Shown one piece after another: positions 28,035 through 36,268 of a stretch of DNA of 44,896 nucleotides. Both the position numbers and the translations under genes were made by a program. The stretch's first letter is position 1. Each line of letters begins with the position of its first letter. This stretch comes from Pseudomonadota bacterium (GTDB taxonomy: Bacteria; Bdellovibrionota_B; Oligoflexia; Oligoflexales; CAIMVM01): NCBI GenBank assembly GCA_037142195.1, contig JBAXBA010000025.1, positions 1 through 44,896 on the forward strand, written 5' to 3'. The notes under the pieces are model-generated. The model made no database searches. It was not told the origin of the DNA and was given only the letters and a program-made list of their open reading frames with translations.

Positions 28035-28805
28035 CTATTTAAAATGATCTTTTTTCAACCTGATGTAGGTAAAAACTTCAGAAGGCGAAAGTCCGCTAAG
28101 TCCAAGATTAGAGACGAACTCTTGCTCATCGCACCTTAAAAAAGGGTTGGTAGAAAGCTCTTCTTGAAGCAAAAAAGGTATAGTTGATTGGCCACTTTCT
28201 CGCTGAGAGCGCAGTTTCATGGCCCTAATATTAAGGTTTGCATCGCTGACCAATAGATCCTGCACAAACCTTAAATTAGACATGGTGTATTCATGGGCAC
28301 AATAAATAAGGGTATCTGGGGGAAGTGAGCGAATCCATTTTAGACTCTCCCACATTTGCTCTGCTGTTCCGCCGAGAAGTCTTCCACAGCCTAAAGCAAA
28401 GAGTGTATCACCTACAAAAGCCTTTTTTTGGTCTTTGAACCAGTAGCAAATATGTCCTGCTGTGTGCCCAGGGATTGCCTTGATATAAGCTTTCATGGAT
28501 CCGAGTTGGATGATGTCTCCATCTTGAAGCCAATGGTCAACATCTGCGATTCGGTTTTGATCCTTATAGTGTGCATAAACTCTAGAACCAAATTTAGCTT
28601 TAAGTTCACGTACACCGCCAATATGATCAGGGTGATGGTGTGTAAGAAATATTTGATTCAATCTTTTCGAATGGTTGGTGCACCAATGATCTATTTCAAG
28701 GAAGGATCCGGGATCGACAACGGAAATACTATTTTGGGCATCAGTCTGATCTTCTAAGATCCAAAAGTAATTGTCATCAAAGGCTTCAATGGGAGTGGTG
28801 AGCAT
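28035..28805 (-). CDS. gloB: Hydroxyacylglutathione hydrolase (glyoxalase II)
   Basis: THHHPDHIGG, PGHTAGH, GDTLFALGCGR, CAHEYT, TNPFLR. Confidence 0.95.
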   Translation of the reverse strand: MLTTPIEAFDDNYFWILEDQTDAQNSISVVDPGSFLEIDHWCTNHSKRLNQIFLTHHHPDHIGGVRELKAKFGSRVYAHYKDQNRIADVDHWLQDGDIIQLGSMKAYIKAIPGHTAGHICYWFKDQKKAFVGDTLFALGCGRLLGGTAEQMWESLKWIRSLPPDTLIYCAHEYTMSNLRFVQDLLVSDANLNIRAMKLRSQRESGQSTIPFLLQEELSTNPFLRCDEQEFVSNLGLSGLSPSEVFTYIRLKKDHFK

Positions 28806-28827
28806 CTTCAGATCCTATTTTAACAAC

Positions 28828-29559
28828 CTAGAGGGGAGAGCTAGCCTTTGCGTTTATGATGCAATCTCGAGTTCTAGCGGCCCAGTTATCAAGGTCCTCG
28901 CCCGGCAAACGTGGGAATGGTTCAAGAATCATGACCTTTACCTCTGATTTTCCAGGGGTTATGCTGCCTTTGACCAGAAGATCTCTTGTTCCTTTAAGGC
29001 AAATGGGCAGAATCATGGAGTCGGTATCCTGGGCCAATTTAAATGCGCCAACTTTAAAGGGGAGGATCTCTCCGGTAGGAGAACGAGTGCCTTCAGCAAA
29101 AAACAGCATGGGCGTTCCTTCATTTAGGACTCGTCGACATTCTTTCAAAGCCACTACCTGGCTGCGCCTATTTCCGCGATCTACTCCAATATACCCTGCG
29201 GCTTTCATGGCTTGACCCATAATGGGAACCTTAAACATGGAAGATTTAGAAAGATATCGAAACTGGATGCCTAACAGCAGTATCACAAAAATATCCGTAA
29301 TGCTTTCATGGTTGGCGACCATGACAAACTTTTTACCCACAGGGATATTTTCAATTCCAGATACTCGGGCATGCCAGCCAGGGATCAAAAAAATTATGGT
29401 CTTTGCCCAATAGATGGCAATTCTATGGCCGGCGTCATGTCCAGCTTTTTCTCCTTTAAACGGCCTTACCACAAAGTTTGCAATCACAACTGTGGAGCAG
29501 AAAATAACGCAGCAAGTAAATAAAACAATAACTAGCCAAATGGCGGAAATTTTCTTCAT
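28828..29559 (-). CDS. plsC: 1-acyl-sn-glycerol-3-phosphate acyltransferase
   Basis: NHESITD (HX4D), FAEGTRS, PFKVGAF; ATG 29559 lies 1 nt after the coaBC stop. Confidence 0.88.
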   Translation of the reverse strand: MKKISAIWLVIVLFTCCVIFCSTVVIANFVVRPFKGEKAGHDAGHRIAIYWAKTIIFLIPGWHARVSGIENIPVGKKFVMVANHESITDIFVILLLGIQFRYLSKSSMFKVPIMGQAMKAAGYIGVDRGNRRSQVVALKECRRVLNEGTPMLFFAEGTRSPTGEILPFKVGAFKLAQDTDSMILPICLKGTRDLLVKGSITPGKSEVKVMILEPFPRLPGEDLDNWAARTRDCIINAKASSPL

Positions 29560-29560
29560 A

Positions 29561-30718
29561 TCAAGTCTCACCCAAAATTTTGGTAAGTTTAAGTGCAATT
29601 TCAGATTTCGAGTTAAGGTCCCAGGACCTTTCCTGTGAAAAAAGAACCCCATGGTGTTCGGTGGAGCTCACAGCCGATATTCGATTCGTAAATAAATAGT
29701 CAAGTGAGTACTTATTCAAATATTCTTTTGACTTCATTTCAAGATCTGAGCCGTCAGGCTCTAATTTAAATGCGATTCTCTTTTTCCCGTTGGGCTCAAT
29801 TTGAGACAAAATCTTTGATGTCGGGACTAATTCTATATTTTTTCCGGAGGCTCCAGAACGCATTTTTCCCAAAACTCGATCTTTTGGAACATAGTCAAGT
29901 ACAGCGGCCGCCATAATGAGATGAGGTGCTTTCGTTTTCGTGATCGTTTGAATAGCTTCAAGCATCTCTAAATGAGTTTCCACGTGAATCAAGGAGTTAA
30001 AAACTTTTGGCTTAATGTTGGAAGGTCCAGAGATACAGTAGACCGAATAGCCGTGGCGATAGAGCTCTGTCACAATAGCGCTTCCAAGAGCTCCGCTAGA
30101 ATAATTTGAAATATATCGCACATCATCCAAATAGGCTTTGGTAGGGCCCATCGTCACTAATACTTCGCTCGTATTTTTGCAAATTTCATGGGAAATTCGA
30201 TCAGCTGCTTCATCAGGATCAGGGAATTTTCTTTTGCCTTCTTCTCTACGTGGTTCTAGAAAAGTCACCCACTCTTTTGAGGTTTCCAAGTTTTTTTGGG
30301 CCGCAGCGCTATTCCAAAGGGAGTCATGCATCGCAGGAAAGGCGATTATTTTTTTGCCTTGTCCTATAGCGGACTGAACGAGCGTAGAGGCAGGGTCATT
30401 GCAAATTCCCAAGGCAATTTTTGCCAAAAAATCTGCAGTTATGGGAGCAATCACAATGGCGTCGGACGTAGCAAGGTGAGTTGAAAGCCCCGTAAAAGAA
30501 TCTACTACGGGCTTTGCAGCTGCCCACTCTAAGGCCATCTTTGTAACAAACATGGCCCCACCTTCCGTTTGAAAGGGACGGACTTCAGCGCCTAGGCGCC
30601 TCAGGGCACGGATAAGTTTGGGAGATTCTATGGAAGCTATGGAGCCACAGACAATAAAATCGATATTTTTGTCGGAGAGGCACGTAGAAATTTGGCTAAC
30701 GGTCAAGTCGGTCTGCAT
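29561..30718 (-). CDS. coaBC: Bifunctional phosphopantothenoylcysteine decarboxylase/synthetase
   Basis: GSIA, APITADFLAKIALGI, PAMH, VTMGPT..DDVRYISNYSSG, AAVLDY; GGAG SD before ATG 30718. Confidence 0.92.
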   Translation of the reverse strand: MQTDLTVSQISTCLSDKNIDFIVCGSIASIESPKLIRALRRLGAEVRPFQTEGGAMFVTKMALEWAAAKPVVDSFTGLSTHLATSDAIVIAPITADFLAKIALGICNDPASTLVQSAIGQGKKIIAFPAMHDSLWNSAAAQKNLETSKEWVTFLEPRREEGKRKFPDPDEAADRISHEICKNTSEVLVTMGPTKAYLDDVRYISNYSSGALGSAIVTELYRHGYSVYCISGPSNIKPKVFNSLIHVETHLEMLEAIQTITKTKAPHLIMAAAVLDYVPKDRVLGKMRSGASGKNIELVPTSKILSQIEPNGKKRIAFKLEPDGSDLEMKSKEYLNKYSLDYLFTNRISAVSSTEHHGVLFSQERSWDLNSKSEIALKLTKILGET

Positions 30719-30886
30719 TCTAAACTCCAACCCCAATAACTAATGATCTCATTTTCGGCTTTAATAAATAAAAAACCAAGCTCAGATTTGACTTTGCTTG
30801 GCTATATTATCCCAACTGTCATGTGGGTTCAAAGAAATCTAGATAGATTTCGGGTGCAGCAATTCGCAAGATCTCTGTAGGGGAGA

Positions 30887-31051
30887 TTATTTGTTCGCAG
30901 CAATCTGAGCTCTTTCGTTAGCATTCGGCATGTTTAATGGCAAGCGTGCTGCCGTGGATCCGTGGTTAGCAGCTAAGGCTTTACGTGATCTGCCCGCACG
31001 TGCTTTACTCATGATTCTGCGTACTTTTACTTTTTTTGTTGGTGATGCCAT
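30887..31051 (-). CDS. Small basic protein, 54 aa (MASPTKKVKVRRIMSKARAGRSRKALAANHGSTAARLPLNMPNANERAQIAANK)
   Basis: Below ORF-track cutoff; GAGGA SD; own promoter TTGAAA-17-TAGTAT; fills an otherwise empty gap. Confidence 0.8.
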   Translation of the reverse strand: MASPTKKVKVRRIMSKARAGRSRKALAANHGSTAARLPLNMPNANERAQIAANK

Positions 31052-31085
31052 GTCTTAATCCTCGAAAATGGTCTTGAGTCGCGGC

Positions 31086-31114
31086 ATACTAAGCGAAATA
31101 TCCCATGCTTTCAA
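31086..31114 (-). promoter_or_regulatory. sigma70-type promoter of the 54-aa gene
   Basis: Minus strand TTGAAA (31114-31109), 17 nt, TAGTAT (31091-31086). Confidence 0.6.
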
Positions 31115-31222
31115 TGAAAAAACGGGATTATGGTAGAATTTTAAGAATTTCCTAGAAGTTAGTTTCAATTAATCAGATTTATTGGCAAAATCAGACCCTA
31201 ACTTTCTCTTTATGAGGCTTGA

Positions 31223-31945
31223 ATGTTAAAGAAATCACTTGTTGGCTGTTTAGCTTTCTACCCTGTTTTCGCTTTTTCGGCTGAGCGCAGCGATAATTCG
31301 ACCTATTCTTCAGAGAATCCAGAATATCAGGCTCCTAAAACTCCCGAGCTTTATGACTCCTCAAAGCCCAAAGGAATGCCAATCTCATTTCCTTCGGCCG
31401 CAACTCTTGGTGCTTTTGTCGCCTTTGGTCAAAGTAAGTCTGCAGAATCAGATGAAAATCCCAAAGTGGCATGGTTTACGGGGGCATCCTTTAATTACCT
31501 AAAAGGTACGAGCACTTGGAGTCGGGTCGAGTTTGGTGCAGATCTATTTAAAGGCTCTGTCGGGCATTCCGCAGCAACGATTCCTGTAAATGTCGGTTTT
31601 GTTGCCCACGCGGGTTACGGCTATTCCCTTGGGGGAGATCTATTTGGCACGGTTCAAGTAGGAGCTGGATTAGCAAATGTAGGATACGATGGGAAATATA
31701 AGGGTAACGACGTAGAGCTTTCTGGTTCGGAAGCCGCTACGGTGCTTCAGTTCGGCTGGCATTTGGCACTGCCGGTAGGATCAAATTATGGATTCACTGC
31801 GGGTGTAGATGTGACCAAAATTGATTTTACAGTGGGAGATGTGGATTTGGTTCAAAATGGTGGAAGCAAAATCAAAGCAGATATTAATAAGCGCGAAAGC
31901 CTTACCATTCCTAGCCTTCAACTTGGGTTTAGAGCCACTCTCTAG
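31223..31945 (+). CDS. Outer-membrane beta-barrel protein (OmpA-like 8-strand type)
   Basis: Signal peptide ending AFS-A, Gly/aromatic alternating strands, C-terminal LQLGFRATL. Confidence 0.65.
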   Translation: MLKKSLVGCLAFYPVFAFSAERSDNSTYSSENPEYQAPKTPELYDSSKPKGMPISFPSAATLGAFVAFGQSKSAESDENPKVAWFTGASFNYLKGTSTWSRVEFGADLFKGSVGHSAATIPVNVGFVAHAGYGYSLGGDLFGTVQVGAGLANVGYDGKYKGNDVELSGSEAATVLQFGWHLALPVGSNYGFTAGVDVTKIDFTVGDVDLVQNGGSKIKADINKRESLTIPSLQLGFRATL

Positions 31946-32033
31946 TTTTTACGGATTCTAACAATACCAAGCCGGCTTGCCTCTTAAGGTTTCGTCGGCT
32001 TGCTCTAGGTAGGAATTCTAAATGGTTTCCAGT

Positions 32034-32070
32034 AAATGGGTTGGCAGCGTTCGGCCCATTTCTTTGTTTT
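32034..32070 (+). terminator. Putative terminator between convergent OMP and GNAT genes
   Basis: AAATGGGTTG/CGGCCCATTT stem with G-U pairs followed by T-rich tract. Confidence 0.5.
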
Positions 32071-32129
32071 TACTTTTGTTCGTAGACACCCATTGTGCTG
32101 TTTGATGAAAGCAGGGAACTCTGCGTCTG

Positions 32130-32624
32130 TTAGAGATTTTCCAAAATATAATATCCCGGAACGTCCTCAATAATCATACTTCCATCTTTGCGCTTTCCCA
32201 GAACGGGGCGAAAACCTTTTCTTTGAAAGAGCCTTTGGGCTCCTGACATAGTGGGAGTTGTTTCCAAATAGAGGGTCCTATATCCTTCATTTTTAGCAAA
32301 TTGAATACATCCGTCAATGAGTTGAGCACCAATTCCTTGCTTTCGGTAGTGCACCTCAACAACAATATCTCTAAGTTCAGCGATTCCTTCGCTCGTGGCA
32401 AGTCCATGAAGGGGACCCACTCCAGCGGCTCCCACTAATTTTGTTCCATCTTTGGCTATCAGCATGGTGCTTCCTGGTGAGCTGTATATGCTAAAAAGTT
32501 TTTCAAGTCTTCTCAGAGTTGCAGCAGCTACGGTGCCTTCAGTATAGTGCAGCATAGCGGTTCGAATAAGGTCTTGGATATCTTGTTCTTCGGCGAGGAT
32601 TAAAGGCGTGATAGATATCTGCAA
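32130..32624 (-). CDS. GNAT family N-acetyltransferase
   Basis: VEVHYRKQGIGAQL (motif A), LYLETTPTMSGAQRLFQRKGF; likely TTG start at 32624 with AGGAGA SD. Confidence 0.85.
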   Translation of the reverse strand: MQISITPLILAEEQDIQDLIRTAMLHYTEGTVAAATLRRLEKLFSIYSSPGSTMLIAKDGTKLVGAAGVGPLHGLATSEGIAELRDIVVEVHYRKQGIGAQLIDGCIQFAKNEGYRTLYLETTPTMSGAQRLFQRKGFRPVLGKRKDGSMIIEDVPGYYILENL

Positions 32625-32757
32625 TCGAGTTCTCCTGATCGGTATTTTTAATTTATATAATTTTGAGCTGTATGTCACCTCATCCTTTTCACTTGTCAGT
32701 TGTTCTTTAATGAGACCTGGTATAGTCTCTAGCCAGCAAATTATGGGAGACATTTTA

Positions 32758-33342
32758 ATGTTGCGTAAGTCTATAGCCCTGGCTTTTCTATTCGTAAGTT
32801 CTCTTTCTATTGCTGCTGAAGTCAGCTTATTGACTGGGGGGTACTCATCTATAAAGAGGGGTACGGATAAGTCTAGCGTATTTGAGCTTGGTGGTAGGTA
32901 CCATGAAGCTTACGATAAAAACATAGAGCTTTATTATTTATTAGGTTTAATCTTTCGCAACTATTCAGAAGGTGGGGATAGTAATGGGATTGAAATTGGC
33001 GGAGGCGCTAGATATTACGGAACTCCCTTCTCGACACAAATAAAGCCTTATGTTGCTCTTCAAGGTTGGTATAAGAATGACGAGCAAAAGCTTTTCAATA
33101 CCAAGGAAAGCGGAATTTATTATAGTGGGCTTTTAGGGTTTAGATTTGTATTTAACGAGAAAGTCTTTTTTGATCTTGAGGGCGACTTGTTTGAAAGTGC
33201 TCTAGCTTCCTCTAAAAAAGAAACCAAGAATACTTCGGCTACTCAAGAGGAAACGGAAACTACAACGTCTCAGCTTCGGGCTTCATCAAGAAATGACAAT
33301 TTCTTTAGCAGCCTAAAAGTTGGTGTGGGAATGACACTCTAG
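32758..33342 (+). CDS. Outer-membrane beta-barrel protein
   Basis: GGGAGA SD, signal peptide MLRKSIALAFLFVSSLSIA, GGGARYY, IKPYVALQG, C-terminal VGVGMTL. Confidence 0.7.
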   Translation: MLRKSIALAFLFVSSLSIAAEVSLLTGGYSSIKRGTDKSSVFELGGRYHEAYDKNIELYYLLGLIFRNYSEGGDSNGIEIGGGARYYGTPFSTQIKPYVALQGWYKNDEQKLFNTKESGIYYSGLLGFRFVFNEKVFFDLEGDLFESALASSKKETKNTSATQEETETTTSQLRASSRNDNFFSSLKVGVGMTL

Positions 33343-33414
33343 CGTTTTATCTAGAAGTCTTTATGGTAAAGATTCTAGTCTGATTTAGAAGTTCATTGGA
33401 ATAAGGGAGTTTAT

Positions 33415-33516
33415 ATGAAAAGAGCAAGTCGGTATCGAGCAAAGAAGAGAAGTCGAGTAGCCCGCAAAAGAAAAATCTCGACTCATGGTAAAAGAAACGG
33501 CGGATGGATTAGGTAA
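33415..33516 (+). CDS. Small highly basic protein, 33 aa (MKRASRYRAKKRSRVARKRKISTHGKRNGGWIR)
   Basis: AAGGGAG SD, ATG 33415, 15 of 33 residues K/R, followed by a strong terminator. Confidence 0.7.
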   Translation: MKRASRYRAKKRSRVARKRKISTHGKRNGGWIR

Positions 33517-33559
33517 TTGAGATCTACAGCTCCGAGAGCTCCATTTGTCTTGAATGTGG

Positions 33560-33597
33560 CGAATTCAATAAGTAGTTCTTATTGGGTTCGTTTTTTT
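33560..33597 (+). terminator. Intrinsic terminator after the 33-aa ORF
   Basis: CGAATTCAATAAG-TAGTT-CTTATTGGGTTCG stem followed by T7. Confidence 0.7.
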
Positions 33598-34654
33598 ATC
33601 TCCCCAAATGGATTCCTATACTTTCTGCTGATGTGATGTGATCATCTTGTAGTGAGATTTGTTTACGCGCTCCCATTTTTAAGCCTTTGTAAGACAGGGC
33701 TACGATGCTACTTCCTTGAAGTGCCAAATAGGTTCCAAAGTTTTGTTTCAGCGCCTCTTCTACAGCTCTGACACCAAATCTAGTGGCTAAAATACGGTCA
33801 TTTGCCGAGGGGCTTCCGCCTCTTTGAACATGCCCTAAAACAGTCACTCTAGTTTCCATGCCTGTGGCTTGATGTAGGGTTTTCGCGAGTTGATTTCCAA
33901 TGCCCCCTAAAATCTCTTTTTGATCGGCAGACTTCATATAAAATGGGGATTCCCCTTTGCCGCAGGCCCCTTCAGCCACAACGACAACGGAATAGTGAAT
34001 TCCTCTTTTCTTACGACAGTCAATGGCAGCAGCAATTTTTGAAACTTCAAATGGGATCTCTGGAATCAGGATTACGTTTGCGCCTCCGGCAATGCCTCCG
34101 TGGAGGGCGATATAGCCGGAATCTCTACCCATGACTTTTAAAATCATTATGCGGTCGTGGGACTCTTCAGTCGACTGCAGTCTTTCGACAGACTCCCTTA
34201 CGATATCAACTGCTGAGTCAAAACCGATAGTTTTGTCGGTTGCAGGCAAATCGTTGTCAATGGTTTTTGGCACTCCAATAACTGGGAGTCCGGCGTCAGA
34301 AAGCAAGGCAGCAATGGCTTGCGTACCTTCGCCCCCAATTACAATGAGCACATCAAGTCCCAACAATCTGGCATTGTCAAGTGTGGTCTGGACTCTCTGG
34401 TTTCGTTTTGTAGGATCGCTATAGGGATTACCAGAATTGTCTGTTCCCAGTATCGTGCCTCCACGAGTGAGGATGTCGTCCACATGATTCCATAAAAGTG
34501 TTTGGAATCGTGGTGGGGTTTCTAAAAGTCCGGTCAAACTGTCCCTAATTCCCACGACTTCATGGCCCTGTTGGATGCTTGAAGAAACGATAGCTTTTAT
34601 AGCGGCATTTAATCCGGGGCAGTCTCCCCCTCCTGTGCAGATTCCAATTTTCAC
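33596..34654 (-). CDS. pfkA: 6-phosphofructokinase (group III type, likely ATP-dependent)
   Basis: TGGGDCPGLNA, GGTILGT, GGEGT, PKTIDND, MGR, LGHVQRGG. Confidence 0.93.
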   Translation of the reverse strand: MKIGICTGGGDCPGLNAAIKAIVSSSIQQGHEVVGIRDSLTGLLETPPRFQTLLWNHVDDILTRGGTILGTDNSGNPYSDPTKRNQRVQTTLDNARLLGLDVLIVIGGEGTQAIAALLSDAGLPVIGVPKTIDNDLPATDKTIGFDSAVDIVRESVERLQSTEESHDRIMILKVMGRDSGYIALHGGIAGGANVILIPEIPFEVSKIAAAIDCRKKRGIHYSVVVVAEGACGKGESPFYMKSADQKEILGGIGNQLAKTLHQATGMETRVTVLGHVQRGGSPSANDRILATRFGVRAVEEALKQNFGTYLALQGSSIVALSYKGLKMGARKQISLQDDHITSAESIGIHLGR

Positions 34655-35232
34655 AGGGTTTTCCCCCGTAATTTCAAAAGTGCTTTTTCATTGAGGAGTC
34701 GAATTTCTTTAATGAGGAGTTCGTGCTTAGGGTATTTAGCCAGTTCAGGTGTGTTAATATATACGGACCGAATCTTAATGGACTTGCCGGTGAAGCCTAT
34801 TTCCTTCTTAAGGATTACAATTTCCCAATTGAGATTGTCAAAGCTTACTCCATCTATGTTTTCTAGGGGAAAGAGGCTTTTGATTTTAGTCAAGTCAAAG
34901 TCAGACTGCGACAGCTGAAGGGTTTGCATCCGTTCCAAGTCGCTAGCATTTAAGCCAGAACTTGCATAGAGATACCTTATGCTTTTATCGCTTTGCTCCA
35001 AAAACAAAGCCTGCCCCTCATTAGACCAGCCACCTGAGCTGAAAAAGCCAACAGCTTCCACGGCCTTTGGATCCTTCCTAAATTGTTCAAAAAATACAGC
35101 CTGCCATTCCTTTTGGATATGGGGGGCTAAAACGTCTTCAGGCGGAAGAAGCTGAGCTCCCGTTCCCGAGGAAGCGGGGCCAATACATGCCAGCGGAAGC
35201 GCAATGGAAAGCAACAGATACAATAGTCTCAT
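34651..35232 (-). CDS. Hypothetical lipoprotein
   Basis: Lipobox LPLA-C; stop overlaps the pfkA GTG start (GTGA). Confidence 0.7.
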   Translation of the reverse strand: MRLLYLLLSIALPLACIGPASSGTGAQLLPPEDVLAPHIQKEWQAVFFEQFRKDPKAVEAVGFFSSGGWSNEGQALFLEQSDKSIRYLYASSGLNASDLERMQTLQLSQSDFDLTKIKSLFPLENIDGVSFDNLNWEIVILKKEIGFTGKSIKIRSVYINTPELAKYPKHELLIKEIRLLNEKALLKLRGKTL

Positions 35233-35302
35233 TCTCTATCTCCATGACTTAAGGCGCACAAATATTGTATCATAGTTTTCTATCATTGAGCAGGAATTCC
35301 AA

Positions 35303-36268
35303 ATGCAGGAAACAAGATTAGAGCGTTTAAAAAAAGAATTGCCATTTCTTAGGGAGCGATTGTCTTCTTTACCCAATTCCAAACAAGTAGCTCACGATAT
35401 CTGGGAGATAGGAGTTTCCTCTCCTGATTCCATTCCTCTAACGATTTCAGTCTTGGTTCATGGAAATGAGACTGGTGGAATTGGTGTACTCAACGAACTT
35501 GTCACACTCCTACAGGCAGGTTTTCAGATTCCTGCAGGAGGGGTTTGTCTCATAATAGGAAATGATAAGGCTGCCCTTCAGGGAAAACGTTTTTTAGATC
35601 GAGACCTGAATCGAAGTTTCGGTATGGCTCTAGACGGGACCCGGGAGGCCCTACGTGCCTCGGAAATGGCCCCTTTTTTAAAAAAATCCCGACTCTATTT
35701 AGATATCCATCAGACCTTGATGCCCTCGGATAGGGGATTCTTCATTTTTCCTTATAAACAGATGGCCTTAAGCTTTTCGAAATCGATTCTGCCACGAGCC
35801 ACGACAGTCACCCATTGGGGAAAGCCTTTCAGCTCGTCAGGAATGTGCACCGATGAGTATGTGGGTCAATTCGGCGGAGTAGGGATTACTCTTGAGCTCG
35901 GCCAAAACGGATTTGATCCTTTTCAAATTTCCTTGGGGCTGCAAGCGGTAGTTAATGCCTTCTATTATGCAATCGATCCGAACTCACACCGGCATCCTGA
36001 ATGGCTTAAAGGGGAGTTGTTTACATGGCAAAAGATAGTGGACTGGCCCCTTGCTGGCGATGCCCAGATGGATGAAGGTTGGTCAAATTTTAGGCCGATT
36101 TCAAAGGGCCAAAAGATGGGGATACACGATGGCATAGTGGTCACAGCGCCGGAGTCCGGCTGGATGTTGTTTCCAAAATACTTTACCCCAGAAGTTCCTC
36201 AAACCTCTAGGCCGTCAGAAATGTATAGAATCATGAAAAAAATTACGGAATTGGATTTGCCTGATTAA
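35303..36268 (+). CDS. Succinylglutamate desuccinylase/aspartoacylase family (M14-like) protein
   Basis: HGNE zinc motif, RFLDRDLNRSF, LDIH, TLELG. Confidence 0.85.
   Translation: MQETRLERLKKELPFLRERLSSLPNSKQVAHDIWEIGVSSPDSIPLTISVLVHGNETGGIGVLNELVTLLQAGFQIPAGGVCLIIGNDKAALQGKRFLDRDLNRSFGMALDGTREALRASEMAPFLKKSRLYLDIHQTLMPSDRGFFIFPYKQMALSFSKSILPRATTVTHWGKPFSSSGMCTDEYVGQFGGVGITLELGQNGFDPFQISLGLQAVVNAFYYAIDPNSHRHPEWLKGELFTWQKIVDWPLAGDAQMDEGWSNFRPISKGQKMGIHDGIVVTAPESGWMLFPKYFTPEVPQTSRPSEMYRIMKKITELDLPD

Noticed and set aside
32608..32757. Apparent head-to-head overlap of GNAT and OMP ORFs
   Set aside because: Resolved by SD-supported starts at 32624 (minus) and 32758 (plus)
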